A DNA stretch of 64,000 bases from Heterodontus francisci (taxonomy: Eukaryota). Positions within the stretch are counted from its first letter, which is position 1. Each line of letters opens with the position of its first letter. The position numbers and the translations under genes were made by a program. This document shows positions 23,870-37,139 of this stretch, piece by piece. The stretch covers positions 9,982,001-10,046,000 of the forward strand of contig NC_090404.1 of the NCBI RefSeq assembly GCF_036365525.1, written 5' to 3'. The notes under the pieces are model-generated. The model ran no database searches. It saw only the letters and a program-made list of their open reading frames with translations, and was not told the origin of the DNA.

Positions 23870-26248
23870 TGCCATGAGGAGGTCCCGGAGTTCTGTGATG
23901 GGGATGAGAGGAGACTCGATGCGAGGCACGAGGGAGTCCACTGCCTCATTGGCGATGGATTCAAAATCATACACCATGACCCACACCAAGTCCCCATCCT
24001 GCTCCGGGTCATCACCAACAGCAGCCGACACACCCAGCACACACTGTGGGGCAATCATTCCGGCTGCCCCAGCTGGTCCTGCGTCCATCATGATCCCACT
24101 CTCAGGGTCGATGGCGGAGGAGTCCTCACTGGATTCTTGAATGTAACTGGAGCCCATGGGCGCCAGCTGTTCAAGACCCATCGCCACCTCCGTCCCCAGG
24201 CCAGTGAATGGCCAAGAGGAAATGGAAGTTCCCGACTCCGGAAATCCAGCCGAAGCCAAGACTATGGCAAAGAGAGGAAGCCATCTCCCGCCCTGCCTGC
24301 GCCCACAGGCCCAACAGACAGGGAATCATTTTGATCCATAACTGTCGGGTAAATCCTGGTTGGGCGTGGATTTTGGCTGGGAGCGCCAAGCCTTAAGGCG
24401 TCCCCAGGCTCTCCCACTATCCTGAAGGATCGGGGGCTCCAGCCTTGATGCTGGTGGTGAGGACCCGAAGCAGGAGACTGCTCCCTTCCAACAGATGGGC
24501 CCTGCCCCTCAGGGTCCTGTGTTCGCTCTGTGGAGGTGTGCCTTCTCCTATTTTGCCCACTAGGGCACGAAGGCTCATAGACTCCATGTCATCACAGGCC
24601 TCCGCCTCCGCACTCTCTTTTTGCTTGGTTACGCTGGGCCTGAGCCCAGCCCTGGGGCAGGTGTGTTCCTCGGGATCAGCCCTTGGACTGAGCTCAGGCT
24701 CGGGTTGTGCTACTGTGTCCAAGGGGCGCGCCTCTCGGTGTTTATTTTTCTACGCGCCTTCCTTCCAATAGGACGGGCACCTCCCTCCCCGCCGGTGTAT
24801 GTGAAAACGACAGCCTCTGGAACCGACTAAGCGGTGTCTGTTAGAGGTATAGGGGGAGTGAGAAGAGGTGCAACGGTGCCACCCTTGGCGGGTGGAGTTG
24901 GCGACCGGGAGGTTGGAGCAGTTCTTTCGAACATGCCTCACACCCTTGCAGGCATGGCGCTGCGCCCCGACCGAGGTCTAGAAGACACAGTAGGCTGGCC
25001 CCTGGAATTCAACAGTAAAATGGCCTTCCATGACCTCCTCCAGGGCCAGCTGCATGAATAGCTGGCAGCGGAAGGAGTAGACATGTCGGAGGCTGTTCTC
25101 CAGAAGACCGAGTGAGACTGGGGTGATTCCAGAACTCACCTCCCTCAGATGGTGCAGGTGGGGGAGGAGGAGTTCATCGGGAATAAACGGCGGGACGTTT
25201 GATAGAATTACACGCAGTGCAATGGCCTCCAGAGGGTCAACTGGCAGGAAAGTCCAGCCCATGGTGAGCCCCCTGCTCAGGCCATGGCCACCTGCCCGCT
25301 CGGTTTTCAGCAAAACATTGCCTTCCCATACATCTTTGAGGTTGCGACAATGGCCGAGGGGCCGACAATCTTGGCCATTGCTTTAACGTATGCCTCAATC
25401 ATCATGGTTGGGGTGAGTGTAACTTTTCACCCATGCTTCGACGACTTATAAATGGTGACAGGGGATACAGGAGCGGCTGCAGCTGCGGCTGCAGGATCGG
25501 AAGGCCCCGTCACTGAAGAGGACTGTGAAGCCATGGATTTTGAAGAGTCACATCCACCGTTGAATCAAATAGAGTTTGAGAGAGAAAAAATAAATAATAA
25601 CAAATTGTCCCACGAATACTTCTCTGGGGGGGGTTATCACAGTGGAGAGAGGCTGAAGGAGAGGAAGGCTAGGAGGAATCAGTCTCTTGCAGATCTCGTT
25701 TCAAGGCAGTCCTTTCGCTGGTCTTCCAGTTCGAAGTGGGGGGTGGAGGGGGGGGGGGTGTGGCGTGGGGGGTGCGGGGGCGGGGGGACGACGATGCCTT
25801 CACCTAGGACAGCTGTAAGCTGCCCAGGAACACTTTGCTTCCGGTCTTGAGTGAAAACAGAAAACAGAAAGTCCCTTCACCTGGGCTGCTCCAGCTATCC
25901 CAGGCTAGGTCATTGAGGTGGGGCGAAAGCTCCAATTCAATGCTGTTAAAAGACAGAAGTTCCCTGTTGAAACACAACTGCCCCAACCAAGGTCTTTAGG
26001 TCTCTTCTTTCCCCCTCCCCAAAACAATCAATGAAAGGGCTTCAAAAAAGCCAAACTCACAAGAGCTGTCAGTTCTTTTGGCCTCCTGTTTTCCTCTTTT
26101 AGAATAAGGTTAGATGGAAAAATCTTCCTTTTAATCTCATTCATTCTCCTTGCAGCAGTCACACAGCTTCAAACCTCCAGCCTCCATCACACAGCCACAG
26201 TCAACTGAACCTCGTTAATCATTCAGCACCACCAATCAGGCAGCAGCC
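23870..26248 (-). mobile_element. Tx1-clade non-LTR retrotransposon, 5' UTR and disrupted ORF1
   Basis: RVILSNVPPFIPDELL..HVYSFRCQLFM and zinc-knuckle remnant HACKGVRHVRKNC. Confidence 0.75.
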
Positions 26249-26439
26249 AACCCAGTGCTGTACCTGTCCAGGCGTATTTGAGGGAGCTTTACCTTGTTTC
26301 TAGTCTGTGCTGTACCTGTGTGTTTGCTGGCACATAGTAAATTGAACTTTATTCAGTATCTAACACATACGAACATATAAATTAGGAGGAGGAGCAGCCA
26401 TTCGGCCCCTCGAGCTTGCTCCATCAAGGCTGTACCTAG

Positions 26440-27335
26440 AATCATAGATACGTAGAAAGTTTACGACTAAGAAAGAGGCCACTTAGCCCATTGTACCTGC
26501 GTCAGCCGTAAAACGAGCCACCCAGCCTAATTCCACTTTCCAGCATTTGGTCCATAGCCCTGCAGGTTACGGCATTTGAGGTGCATATCCAGATACCTTT
26601 TAAATGAGTTGAAGGTTTCTGCATATTACACACTTACAGTCAGTGAGTTCCAGTCCCCCACACACACTGGGTGAAAACTGTTTTCCTAATCTCCTGATAA
26701 TCTTTCTCCCAATCACTTTAAGTTTATTCCCCCGAGTCACTGACCTCTCTGCTAAGGCAAATAATCCCTTCACACCCACTCTTTCAGGCCTCTCACAATT
26801 TTGTGCAACTAAATCAAATCTACTCTCAGTCTCCTCTCTTCCAAGGAGAAAACCCCCAGCTTATCCAATCTTTCCTCATAGCTACATTTTCCAGTCCTGG
26901 AAGCATCTTCGTAAATCTCCTCTGTATCCTTTCCAGTGCAATTACTGTAATGAGGTGATCAGAACTCACACAGTACTCAAGTTGTGGCTTAACTAATGAT
27001 TTATACAGTTACCGAATATATATTCTATTATATTCTCTTATATTCTATACCATGGCTAATAAAGCAAAGGATTCCAAATGCCTTCTTAACCACCTATCGA
27101 CCTACCCTGCTAACTTCAGTGATCTGTGGACATTCACTCCAAGGTCCCTCACTTCTTCTACACCTCTCGGTATTCTCCCAATAATTGTGTATTCTTTTGC
27201 CTTATTTGACCTTCCCAACTGCATCACCTCACATTTCTTCGAGTTGAATTTCATTTGCCACTTTTCTGCCCACCTGACCAGTCCATTGACATGTTCCTGT
27301 AGTCTACAGCTATCCTCCTAGCTATCAACCACAGA
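26440..27335 (-). mobile_element. CR1 LINE 3' fragment (mirror of about 13790-14290)
   Basis: Reverse strand WAEKWQMKFNSKKCEVMQLG. Confidence 0.75.
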
Positions 27336-27904
27336 TGACCTGCTCTGGCAGTATTTAATGGGGAAGTGTACAGGAAACTTTACTCTGTTCTTCACTCATG
27401 ATGTTCCCAACTGGGATTGTTTCATATGCAATGAGATATATTATATATAATGTAATACAATATAATATGTGTGTGTGTGTTTGCGTTTTGATTAAACATA
27501 CAGATTAGACCTCAATCGCAAAATATTAATCACCTTCCTGTCATAGAGTAACTCTATGTTGATTGATCTACGCATCTGATGATTCGAGAGGTCAAAAGAT
27601 TTCTTTTCATACGCAATGAAAAATCCTGTCTGATGAATTGAGGAATTATTGACGTGAAGTCCGTCTAGGGTATGCAAATGAACATGAAATATGTTCGCGA
27701 CTTGGGCATATCAGAAAACTGAGACAAGAATTCTCAGAATGGATCTGAAATAACAACGTTGGAAACAGCAAAATAATAACATTAAAAATAAAACAATAAC
27801 AACTGTAGTACTCTAGTAATAGTTCAACAGAATCATGCAGCGGTTTCACTAATAAATTGAGAATCCAAATGTTTCAGACACAGGATTCCACTTATCGCCT
27901 GACG

Positions 27905-27918
27905 CCACTGGATGGCGC
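27905..27918 (+). promoter_or_regulatory. Candidate CTCF site 3' of IgM cluster B
   Basis: CCACTGGATGGCGC, mirror of 13302-13315. Confidence 0.55.
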
Positions 27919-28699
27919 TCCAACATCTCATCTCTGGGCAAAAGTTGCAGAGCCATCAGTTTATTGATTTCGCAGGTGACAGCTGGAGATAACAGGCAAG
28001 ACTCTGTGTGGTAACACCGCACACGGCGGAGCATTTACAGCAAGGGTAAATTACAGGTGTCACGGCACTGTTGACTAAGACAGTGAACTGTTGGAATCAT
28101 TATTTTTCATTACTCCAATATCACTGCGTAGTCCGAAGGTGAAGGATGAAAATTGATCTGCTCAAAATGCTCCTTATAAGAAGATAGACAGGCAAATATT
28201 TGTATCGATTGTATTGTGACCGGATGTTGTTTTATTCTTCGTCATAAATTGAAATTATGTGGAAAGTACCTGGGCTTCCAAATCCCTTTACTCCTCCACA
28301 AGCGTCAGATTGGCAAAACTATCTGTCATGGAATTAAACATTCTCACCTCACTCGGTGTAAACAATATTTTCTACATTGAAACGGCAACTACATCTGAAA
28401 GGTGCTTCCTTGGCTGTAAGGTGCTTTTGGACGCTCTGAGGACATCAAAGGCGATACATGAAAAAAGTCTGTCCCTTTCTATTATTAGAAATATTTTCTT
28501 CCGTGTGATATATCACTCTAGGAGTTCCATTTATTGTCTGCATGACTCGACGGGGACCAGTAGAATTTCTTCCCTCCGTCTGTTTGCTTGAATCCATCTC
28601 CGGTTGATGAGCAGTCTCTACCTCCTGTGATGTCCCGGATTTGGTCTCCAATCTGCTCAGAGACTCTCTCCGCTCCACAGTACAAAATCAGCCTTTATT

Positions 28700-30290
28700 T
28701 GAAAACATTCTATCATGTGGTGTGGGCTTCTCAGGCCAACGCAGCATTTGCTGCCTCATCGTTAATTTGCCCTTGAGAAGGTCGCAAACTGGCTTCTTAA
28801 ACAGGCCATCTGGTGCGGGTACATCCACAGTGTGCTGAGGAAGGCAGTTTCAGATTTTTGACCAAGCAACACAGGTACTGTGGAAGGAGTCTTAGCAAGT
28901 TGCTGCAATGCATCTTGTAGCTGGTGCACACTGCTGGCAGTGTGCGTTGGGGCTAAGGGGACTAAATCCTCAAAGTGGTGGCTGGGTGTTATCAAGAAGG
29001 CTGCTTTGTACAGGATGGTGTCGAACTTCTTGTGTGGTGTTGGAGCAGCATTCATTCAGGCAAATACAGAGTATTCCATCACACTCCTGACTTGTGCCTT
29101 GTAGCTGGTGAACAGGCTTTGAGAAGTCAGGAAGTGATTCCTGGCCTCGGACCTGCTCGTGTAACCAAATATTTATGTAGCTGATAACTTGCCACTTATC
29201 AGTCCAAGCCTGAATGTTTTCCAGGTCTTGTTGCATGTATGCACAGACAATTTCGTATCTAAGGAGCTGCGAATGGTGCTGAACAGTGCAATCATCATGT
29301 AACATCCCCATTTAGACCTTATGATGGAGGGAAGATCACTGATGAAGCAGTCGAAGATGGGTGGGCCTGGGACCTACCCTGACGAATTCCTGCAGCGATG
29401 TCCTGGCACTGAGATGATTGGCCTCTCACAAGCATGAACATCTTCCTTTAATTAGGTATGACTACAAGCTGGGGAGCGTTTACCCCCTCATTCCCAGTCA
29501 CTTGCGAATCTTTTATGGCAGCCTCGGTCAAATGCTGCCGTGCTATCAAGTGTAGTAACGTCCACGTCACTGTGGAAATCAGCTCCTTTGCCCATCGTTG
29601 GATGCAGACTCTAGTGAGGCCTGGAGCCGAATGGTGCCTGGCAGAACTCAAACTGAGCATTGATGAGCAGGTTATAGCTCAGTAAGTGCCGCTTGATAGC
29701 ATTGTCAATGCTTCTACTGCTTTGCTGATGATCGAAGGTACACTGATGGGGCGGTAATTAGCCAGATTGGATTTGTCTTGCTTTTTGTGGACAGGACATA
29801 CCTGGCCAACTTTCCACATTGTCGGGTACATGCTAGTGTTGTAGTTGTACTGGAACAACTTGGCTAGAGATGCGGCAATTTGGAGCACAGGTCTTCAGTA
29901 CTACAGCTGTGATCTTGTCAGGGCCCACAGCCTTTGTTGTATCCAGTGCTTTCAACCATTTCTTGGTATCACGTGGAGTGAATCAAATTAGCTAAAGAAT
30001 GGCTTCTGAGAGCCTCAGGAGGAAGGCTGAGATAAATAATCCGCTGGGCACTTCTGGTTGAAGATGACTATAAATATTTCAGCGTTGTGTTTTGCATTGA
30101 TGTGCTGGGCTTTCGCGAAATTGAACATGTTTTTGAAGCCTCCTCCTCACTTTATAGTTCACCACCATTCCTGACTGAATATGGCAGGACTGCAGATTTG
30201 ATTGTTGGTTCGCTTAGTTCTGTCTATGGGTTGCTACTTCCGCTGTTTGTTGTCCTCTGTGATAGCTTCACCAGGTTGGCACCTCACTTT
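28700..30290 (-). mobile_element. Degenerate CR1/L2-group LINE (mirror copy)
   Basis: ORF 29679-29888 MWKVGQVCPVHKKQDKSNLANYRPIS. Confidence 0.75.
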
Positions 30291-31322
30291 TAGGTCTGTC
30301 GGGGTCAACAATCCGTTCACCTTCCGGCTGGACGGAAGTTGCGATTGGAATGACTCAATGACTGGGCTGCGACTCCCACAATTCTCAGCGGCTGGGAAAA
30401 ACTCCTATCTGTGGCACGCATCGTACGTGCGAACACCCACACCTAGTTTAAGCACAGCTCTTTATATACACTTTCATTTTTATAGATTAAGATCGAGATG
30501 TTATTTTGATGGAAACGGAAGTAGGCTTCCTTTGAATCGAGTTGCTATTTTAAATAGCATGGTGCGCTGTGTGTGACGTCACACAAACATGGCAGCAGCC
30601 TGTTTGCCCTGAAGCAGATGACACCACAATAGCTTTCTCACATCACAGCGCTGTGATTGATTGTTTCATAGTCATACAGCACTGCAACAGGCCCTTTGGC
30701 CTACCGAGTCTGTGTGGACCAACAACCACCCATTTCTATTAATCCTACATTAATCCCATATTCCCTACCACATCCCCACCATTCTGCTAACTCCGACTTA
30801 CACTAGGGGCAATCTACAATGGCCAACTTTACCTATCAACCTGCAAGTCTTTGGCTGTGGGAGGAAACCGGAGCACGCGATCACAGGGAGAACTTGCAAA
30901 CTCCGCACAAACACGACCCAGAACCGAACCCAGGTCACTAGAGCTGTGAGACTGCGGTGCAAACTACTGCGCCACTGTGCCACCCCAATTGATGCAGGGT
31001 CAGGGTGTCACAGGTGCTCCCAAGCCTCCGCTCAGCCCCTGTGACCCAACACCCAAGGACTGTGATCGAAGGGATCAGGTTTCGCATCTTAAACGAGCCT
31101 TGCATCCAGTGTGGCTGCATGAGCCTGGGGAAAGGCCAAAGAGACTGGGAGTCACAGTGATAGCGGCTACAGGTAAATGTAACTTACAAGGCCGGGTGGC
31201 CCTGAATGGTAGTGGTGGAGGAGAAGGAGGGAGCGAGATTGGGGCAGAGAAAGAGTTCAGACATTAATTACACCCATTCCCAAATATCATCTGAGCCCTT
31301 CAGAAGGCGTGTTAATTCTTCC

Positions 31323-33553
31323 CTCCATAAATGGAGAGGGATAGGTATGTGCAACAGGGCAAGGTTTACAATTGGGGGAAGGGTAGATATGATGCTGTCA
31401 GGCAGGAACTGAGGAGCATAAGTTGGGAGCATATGCTGGCAGGGAAGGGCACGGTCGAAATGTGGAACTTTTTCAAGGAGCAGATAGTAGGGGCCATTGA
31501 TAAGCATGTCCCTGTCAGACAGGGAAGGGATGGTCATGTGAGGGAACCGTGGTTGACAAGAGAGGTTGAGAGTCTTGTTAGGAAGAAGAAGGATGCGTAT
31601 ATAAAGTTGAGGAAAAAGGGCACAGGCATAGCTCTGGAGGGATACAAGATGGCCAGGAAGGATCTGAAGAAAGGGATTAGGAGAGCTAAGAGAGGGCATG
31701 AAAAATGCTTGGCGGGTAGGATAAAAGAAAACCCCAAGGCCTTTTACGCGTATGTCAGAAATATGAGGATGACTAGGGGGACCGTAGGTCCGGTCAAGGA
31801 CAATAGCGGGAGACTGTGTGTTGAGCCGGAAGAGATAAGTGAGGTTTTGAATGAGTACTTCTCTTCGGTATTTACGAATGAGAAGGGGTGTATTACTGAA
31901 GAGGACGGTGGGAAGCAGACTGGTAAGCTCGAGGAAGTGCTCGTTAGGAGGGAAGATGTGTTGGGGTTTTTGAATAACTTGAAGATAGACAAGTCTCCCG
32001 GGCCTGACGGGGTATATCCAAGGATGTTATGGGAAGCAAGGGATGAAATTGCAGAGCCGCTGGCAATGATCTTTTCATCTTCTCTGCTGACGGGGGTGGT
32101 ACCAGGTGATTGGAGGGTGGCAAATGTTGTGCCCCTGTTCAAGAAAGGGAATAGGAACAACCCTGGGAATTACAGGCCAGTTAGTCTTACTTCGGTGGTA
32201 GGCAAGTTGATGGAAAAGGTGCTGAGGGATAGGATTTCTGAGCATCTGGAAAGACACTGCTTGATTCGGGACAGTCAGCACGGTTTTGTGAGGGGTAGGT
32301 CTTGCCTCACAAGCCTGATTGAATTCTTTGAGCAGGTGACCAAGCAAGTGGATGAGGGTAAACCAGTGGATGTGGTGTACATGGATTTTAGTAAGGCATT
32401 TGATAAGGTCCCCCATGGTAGACTTATGGAGAAAGTCAGGAGGCATGGGATAGTGGGGAATGTGGCCAGTTGGATTAAGAATTGGCTAACTGATAGAAGG
32501 CAGAGAGTGGTCTTAGATGGTAAATACTCAGCCTGGAGCCCAGTTACCAGTGGCGTGCCGCAGGGATCAGTTCTGGGTCCTCTCCTGTTTGTGATTTTTA
32601 TTAACGACTTGGATGAGGAAGTCGAAGGGTGGGTCAGTAAATTTGCAGATGATACAAAGGTTGGTGGAGTTGTGGATACCGAGGAGGGCTATTGTCGTCT
32701 GCAAAGGGACTTGGATAGGTTGCAGTGCTGGGCTGAAAAGTGGCAGATGGAGTTTAACCCTGAAAAGTGTGAGGTCGTCCATTTTGGAAGGACAAACATG
32801 AATGCAAAATACTGGGTTAACGGTAGGGTTCTTGGGCATGTGGAGGAGCAGAGAGACCTTGGGGTCTATGTGCATAGATCGTTGAAAGTTGCAACTCAAG
32901 TGGATAGGGCTGTGAAGAAGGCATATGGGGTGTTAGCGTTCATTAGCAGAGGGATTGAATTTAAGAGCCGTGAGGTGATGATGCAGCTGTACAGGACCTT
33001 GGTAAGGCCTCATTTGGAGTACTGTGTGCAGTTCTGGTCGCCTCATTTTAGGAAGGATGTGGAAGCCTTGGAGAGGGTGCAGAGGAGATTTACCAGGATG
33101 TTGCCTGGAATGGAGAATAAGTCTTACGAGGAAAGGCTGAACATTCTAGGCCTCTTCTCATTAGAACGGAGAAGGATGAGGGGTGACATGATAGAGGTTT
33201 ATAAGATGATCAGGGGAATAGATAGGGTAGACAGTCAGAAACTTTTTCCCCGGGTGGAGCAAAGCGTTACAAGGGGTCATAAATTTAAGGTGAAGGGTGG
33301 GAGATATAAGGGGGATGTCAGGGGAAGGTTCTTTACCCAGAGAGTGGTCGAGGCATGGAATGCCTTGCCCGGGGAAGTTGTTGAGTCAGAAACTTTAGGG
33401 ACTTTCAAAAGGCTTTTGGATAGGTATATGGATAAAGGAGAATGATGGGGTATAGATTAAATTGTCCTTGACAGAGGACAAAGGATCGGCACAACATTGT
33501 GGGCCGAAGGGCCTGTTCTGTGCTGTATGTTCTATGTTCTATGTTCTATGTTC
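31323..33553 (+). mobile_element. Young 5'-truncated CR1 LINE with an uninterrupted 704-aa ORF2 RT portion (31331-33445)
   Basis: KSPGPDG, NYRPVSLTS, DFSKAFDKVPH, GVPQGSVLGP, KFADD; (TTCTATG)n tail. Confidence 0.95.
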
Positions 33554-34231
33554 TAAATCGCTCAAAGTTGCCACCCAAGTTGATAGGGTTGTTAAGAAGG
33601 CGTATGGTGTGTTGGCTTTCATTAACAGGGGGATTGAGTTTAAGAGCCACGAGGTTATGCTGCCACTCTATAAAGCCCTGGTTAGACCACACTTGGAATA
33701 TTGTGTTCAGTTCTGGTCGCCTCATTATAGGAAGGATGTGGAAGCTTTCGAGAGGGTGCAGAAGAGATTTACCAGGATGCTGCCTAGACTGGAGGGCATG
33801 TCTTATGAAGAAAGATTGAGGGAGCTAGGGCTTTTCTCATTGGAGCGAAGAAGAATGAGAGGTGACTTGATAGAGGGGTACAAGATGATGAGAGACATAG
33901 ATAGAGTTGATAGTCAGAGACTTTTTCCCAGGGTGGAAAGGGCTATCACCCGGGGCATAATTTTAAGGTGATTGGAGGAAGGTTTCGGGGAGATGTCAGA
34001 GTAGGTTCTTTACACAGAGAGTGGTGGGTGCGTGGATTGCGCTGCCAGCGGTGGTAGTAGAAGCAGATACATTAGGGACATTTAAGCAACTCTTGGATAG
34101 GTACATGGATGATAGCAGAATGAAGGGTATGTAGGTAGTTTGATCTTAGAGTAGGTTAAAGGGTCGGCACAACATCGTGGGCCGAAGGGCCTGTACTGTG
34201 CTGTACTGTTCTATGTTCTATGTTCTATGTT
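33554..34231 (+). mobile_element. Second CR1 3' fragment
   Basis: LVRPHLEYCVQFWSPHY; (TTCTATG)n tail. Confidence 0.9.
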
Positions 34232-35529
34232 AACCTGGTGTGATATTCAACGACAAGGGACCTCTCACCTGAACTCCAAGAGTTTAGATAACAAGCAGTT
34301 CCACATTGGAAGGAAAATGTCAGAAGATACTCGGGTCTGAACAGAAAGCTTTGGCGAAATTCTCATGGTCGGGAAGCGCCGGCTGAATCTAATTAGACAG
34401 TGAAGGAAGTGGAGAGAAACTTCAGGTAGTGAAGGTCTGAAGGTCACTGGTGAAACCCTGGAATGATGATCAATGAGTTCTGGGCGATTGTATCAGAGGG
34501 AATGGAGCAGAGCAGAGACCACCAGGGAAGCATGTGACAGAGAATAGCACAGCGGTTAGCACTACAGCTTCACAACTCTAGCGACCTGGGTTTGGTTCTG
34601 GGTACTGTTTGTATAGAGTTTGCAAGTTCTCCCTGTTGCCATGTGGGTTTCCACCGGGTGCTCCGGTTTCCTCCCACTGCGGAAGACTTGCAGTTTTACC
34701 GGTAAGTTGGCTTTTGTAAATTGCCCCTAGTATAGGTAGGTGGTAGGAAATATGGGATTAATGGAGGAGGAGGTGTGATAGGGAATATGGGATTAATGTA
34801 GGATTAATATAAATGGGTGGTTGATGGTCGGCACAGGCTCGGTGGGCTGAAGGGCCTGTTTCAGTGCTGTCTCTCTCCATGCCGATGCCTTGACGCAGGT
34901 ATGACAGAAAACGTGGAAGGAGAGAGTTGGTGCGTGCATAACAGAAAAGTGGATTGTGCGTTTTATGTGTTGCTGACAGGAGAGATGAAGAGTGTGAGTT
35001 GTGTGCATAACATACAATGCAAATATAGTGTCTCTTCATCAGATTGACCTCAGTCTCCTGGAATTATTCCCGCACTTTCCGTTCTCTCTTGTGTTAGATC
35101 GGTCCCAGACTCTGGCAATCAACCCACGAATTGTGCCTCCTGGTTTGTTACATAGGCTTCAGGCTTTGGAAATCATTACCAGGTGTTGCCCTCCCGAGTG
35201 CTTTAGGTACGCCCCAGGCTGTGGGTCTCTTTCCTAGACTATGTGCCCCCTGGCTTGTCGGAATGACCCCAGGCTCTTGGAATAATTCCCAGCATTTGTG
35301 CTCGATTATACATTGTGTCAGATATATACCAGTCTCTCGGAATCGTTCCCAGGGTTTGCGCTCCCTCAAGTGTTTGAATTGTAGATCTAACCTATGTTTT
35401 ACCTATCGTGTGAGTATTTAATGGGACCATATACAGGGAGTTTTACTTAGCATATAAGCGGTGCTGTACATGTCCTGGGACTGTTTGATGGGACAGTGTA
35501 GAGATAGCTATACCCTGTACATAACCCAT

Positions 35530-35883
35530 TTTTTTATTTTTCTTATTTTTTTATTGCTTTACTCTGTATCTAACCCCCCGTTTTTTGTTTTTTTTTTACC
35601 AAGGTGGCCTTTATACCCCAGGCCCCTTTTATATTTTTCATGTCGAGGGGGCCTTTATTGCTCAGGCCCCCTTTATATACACACTTATATATTTAAAATA
35701 ACTTTATTGCAAACAGAAATAAACAAAATCTCAAATTAAAATGCCATTTTCAGCGTCGACAATGCACTCCAGTCCCTGCGGTGCCCACTGGTCGCGGAAG
35801 GCCTCAAGCGTACCGGCGGACACCGCATGCTCCTTCTCCAGGGACACCCGGGCGCGAACGTAACCGTGGAAGAGGGGCAGGCA
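35530..35883 (-). mobile_element. Tx1-clade 3' fragment with 14-bp TSD, inserted in the 67-bp repeat
   Basis: CLPLFHGYVRARVSLEKEHA..FRDQWAPQG; A-rich tail; TSD tgtacataacccat at 35516-35529 and 35884-35897. Confidence 0.75.
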
Positions 35884-36851
35884 TGTACATAACCCATGCT
35901 GTAACTGTCCTGGGAGTGTTTGATGGCACAGTGTAGAGGCAACTTTCCTCTGCACATGACCCCTGCTCTACCTGTCCTGGAAGTGTTTGGTGGGATGGTG
36001 AAGAGGGAGCTTTCCTCTGTATCTAACCTGTGCCCTGCTTGACCTGGAAACATTGATGGGACAGTAATATACTGTATCAGGCTGCGGTAGAGCAGAATGC
36101 TGCTCTTCATAGAAGCTGGTACTTGACTGTGACAAACCATAAGATAGGAGAAGTCAGGGAGGGGCGCCTTATTGCTGTGTGGCCATTCTGCCTCTGGGGA
36201 TTAGCAGAATCAGGCAGAGGAAGACGTGTCTTTGCTCTGATGGAACTCTGGATGGCAAAGCGGCTCCTTCACCGAGGGGCTTTTTCTTCAAAGACAACAC
36301 AGACAGGACGGGTGAAAGATAGCCCTCAGGAAAGGACGAAAACGTGGCACAGGTAGCATGGAGCGGTGTGGATGAATCTTGGGCAAGGAATTCAGAAAAG
36401 TCCAAGTTAGTCTATTTATGATTGAAGATTTATTAACAATTTAAAAAGGAACATTTTACAGAGAAGAGTTTTTTCTTCAAACAAAAGGTCTAAAACGAAT
36501 GTAACAACTGAGCGTCACATTGAGAACAGAACACATGCGGTCTGAGTTGCAAAACTGCAACAGACCAGAGAGAAAACAAGGGATCAACATAAAGGGATGG
36601 AAACAACTGTGAATAAAGAAAAATAAGTTTCTTATTTACACATGAAGTTCGAACAGCGGTAAAACTCGAAGATACATTTACATTATAGTCACGGTTATTT
36701 CATACATTTCAAACAGAAAATCGGAAATAATATTTATGATTTTAACAGCTACAGATTTGTAACCATAAAAATATTTTACTTCTACGGTTTTTGTGGTAAT
36801 ACAGAGATGTTCACAAATGAGGAAAATCCAGGGCGGCCGAAATTCAATCGA

Positions 36852-36860
36852 TCACTTGAC
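36852..36860 (-). pseudogene. IGHM: IgM TM2 exon (cluster B)
   Basis: ttttacag|GTC AAG TGA; AATAAA at 36429-36434. Confidence 0.88.
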
Positions 36861-37011
36861 CTGTAAAAGAGGGAGGGATAAAAGAATGAAGCAGAGATCT
36901 CGTGGTCCAGGAAATTTATCTCGGGGATTTTGTTTTAAGTTTATGAAACTTTTCGAGATTTGTTTAACAGCTTCAGTCAAATTGAAGTGTAAGTGAATTG
37001 AATCTTCTCAC

Positions 37012-37139
37012 CTTCACCAGAGTGACGGCAGCACTGTAGAAAATACTCAGGAAGAACAGGACGATGAATGTGGAAGCGGTTGTCCAGATGTTGCCGCTCT
37101 CTTCCTCATTGTCTTCAATCCAGATGTGGTCTGAGGAAT
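37012..37139 (-). pseudogene. IGHM: IgM TM1 exon (cluster B; exon itself intact)
   Basis: DSSDHIWIEDNEEESGNIWTTASTFIVLFFLSIFYSAAVTLVK|gtgaga. Confidence 0.93.

Noticed and set aside
30571-30584. Perfect CRE palindrome gtgtgacgtcacac
   Set aside because: Isolated among repeats with no associated gene, and not evident in the mirror arm.
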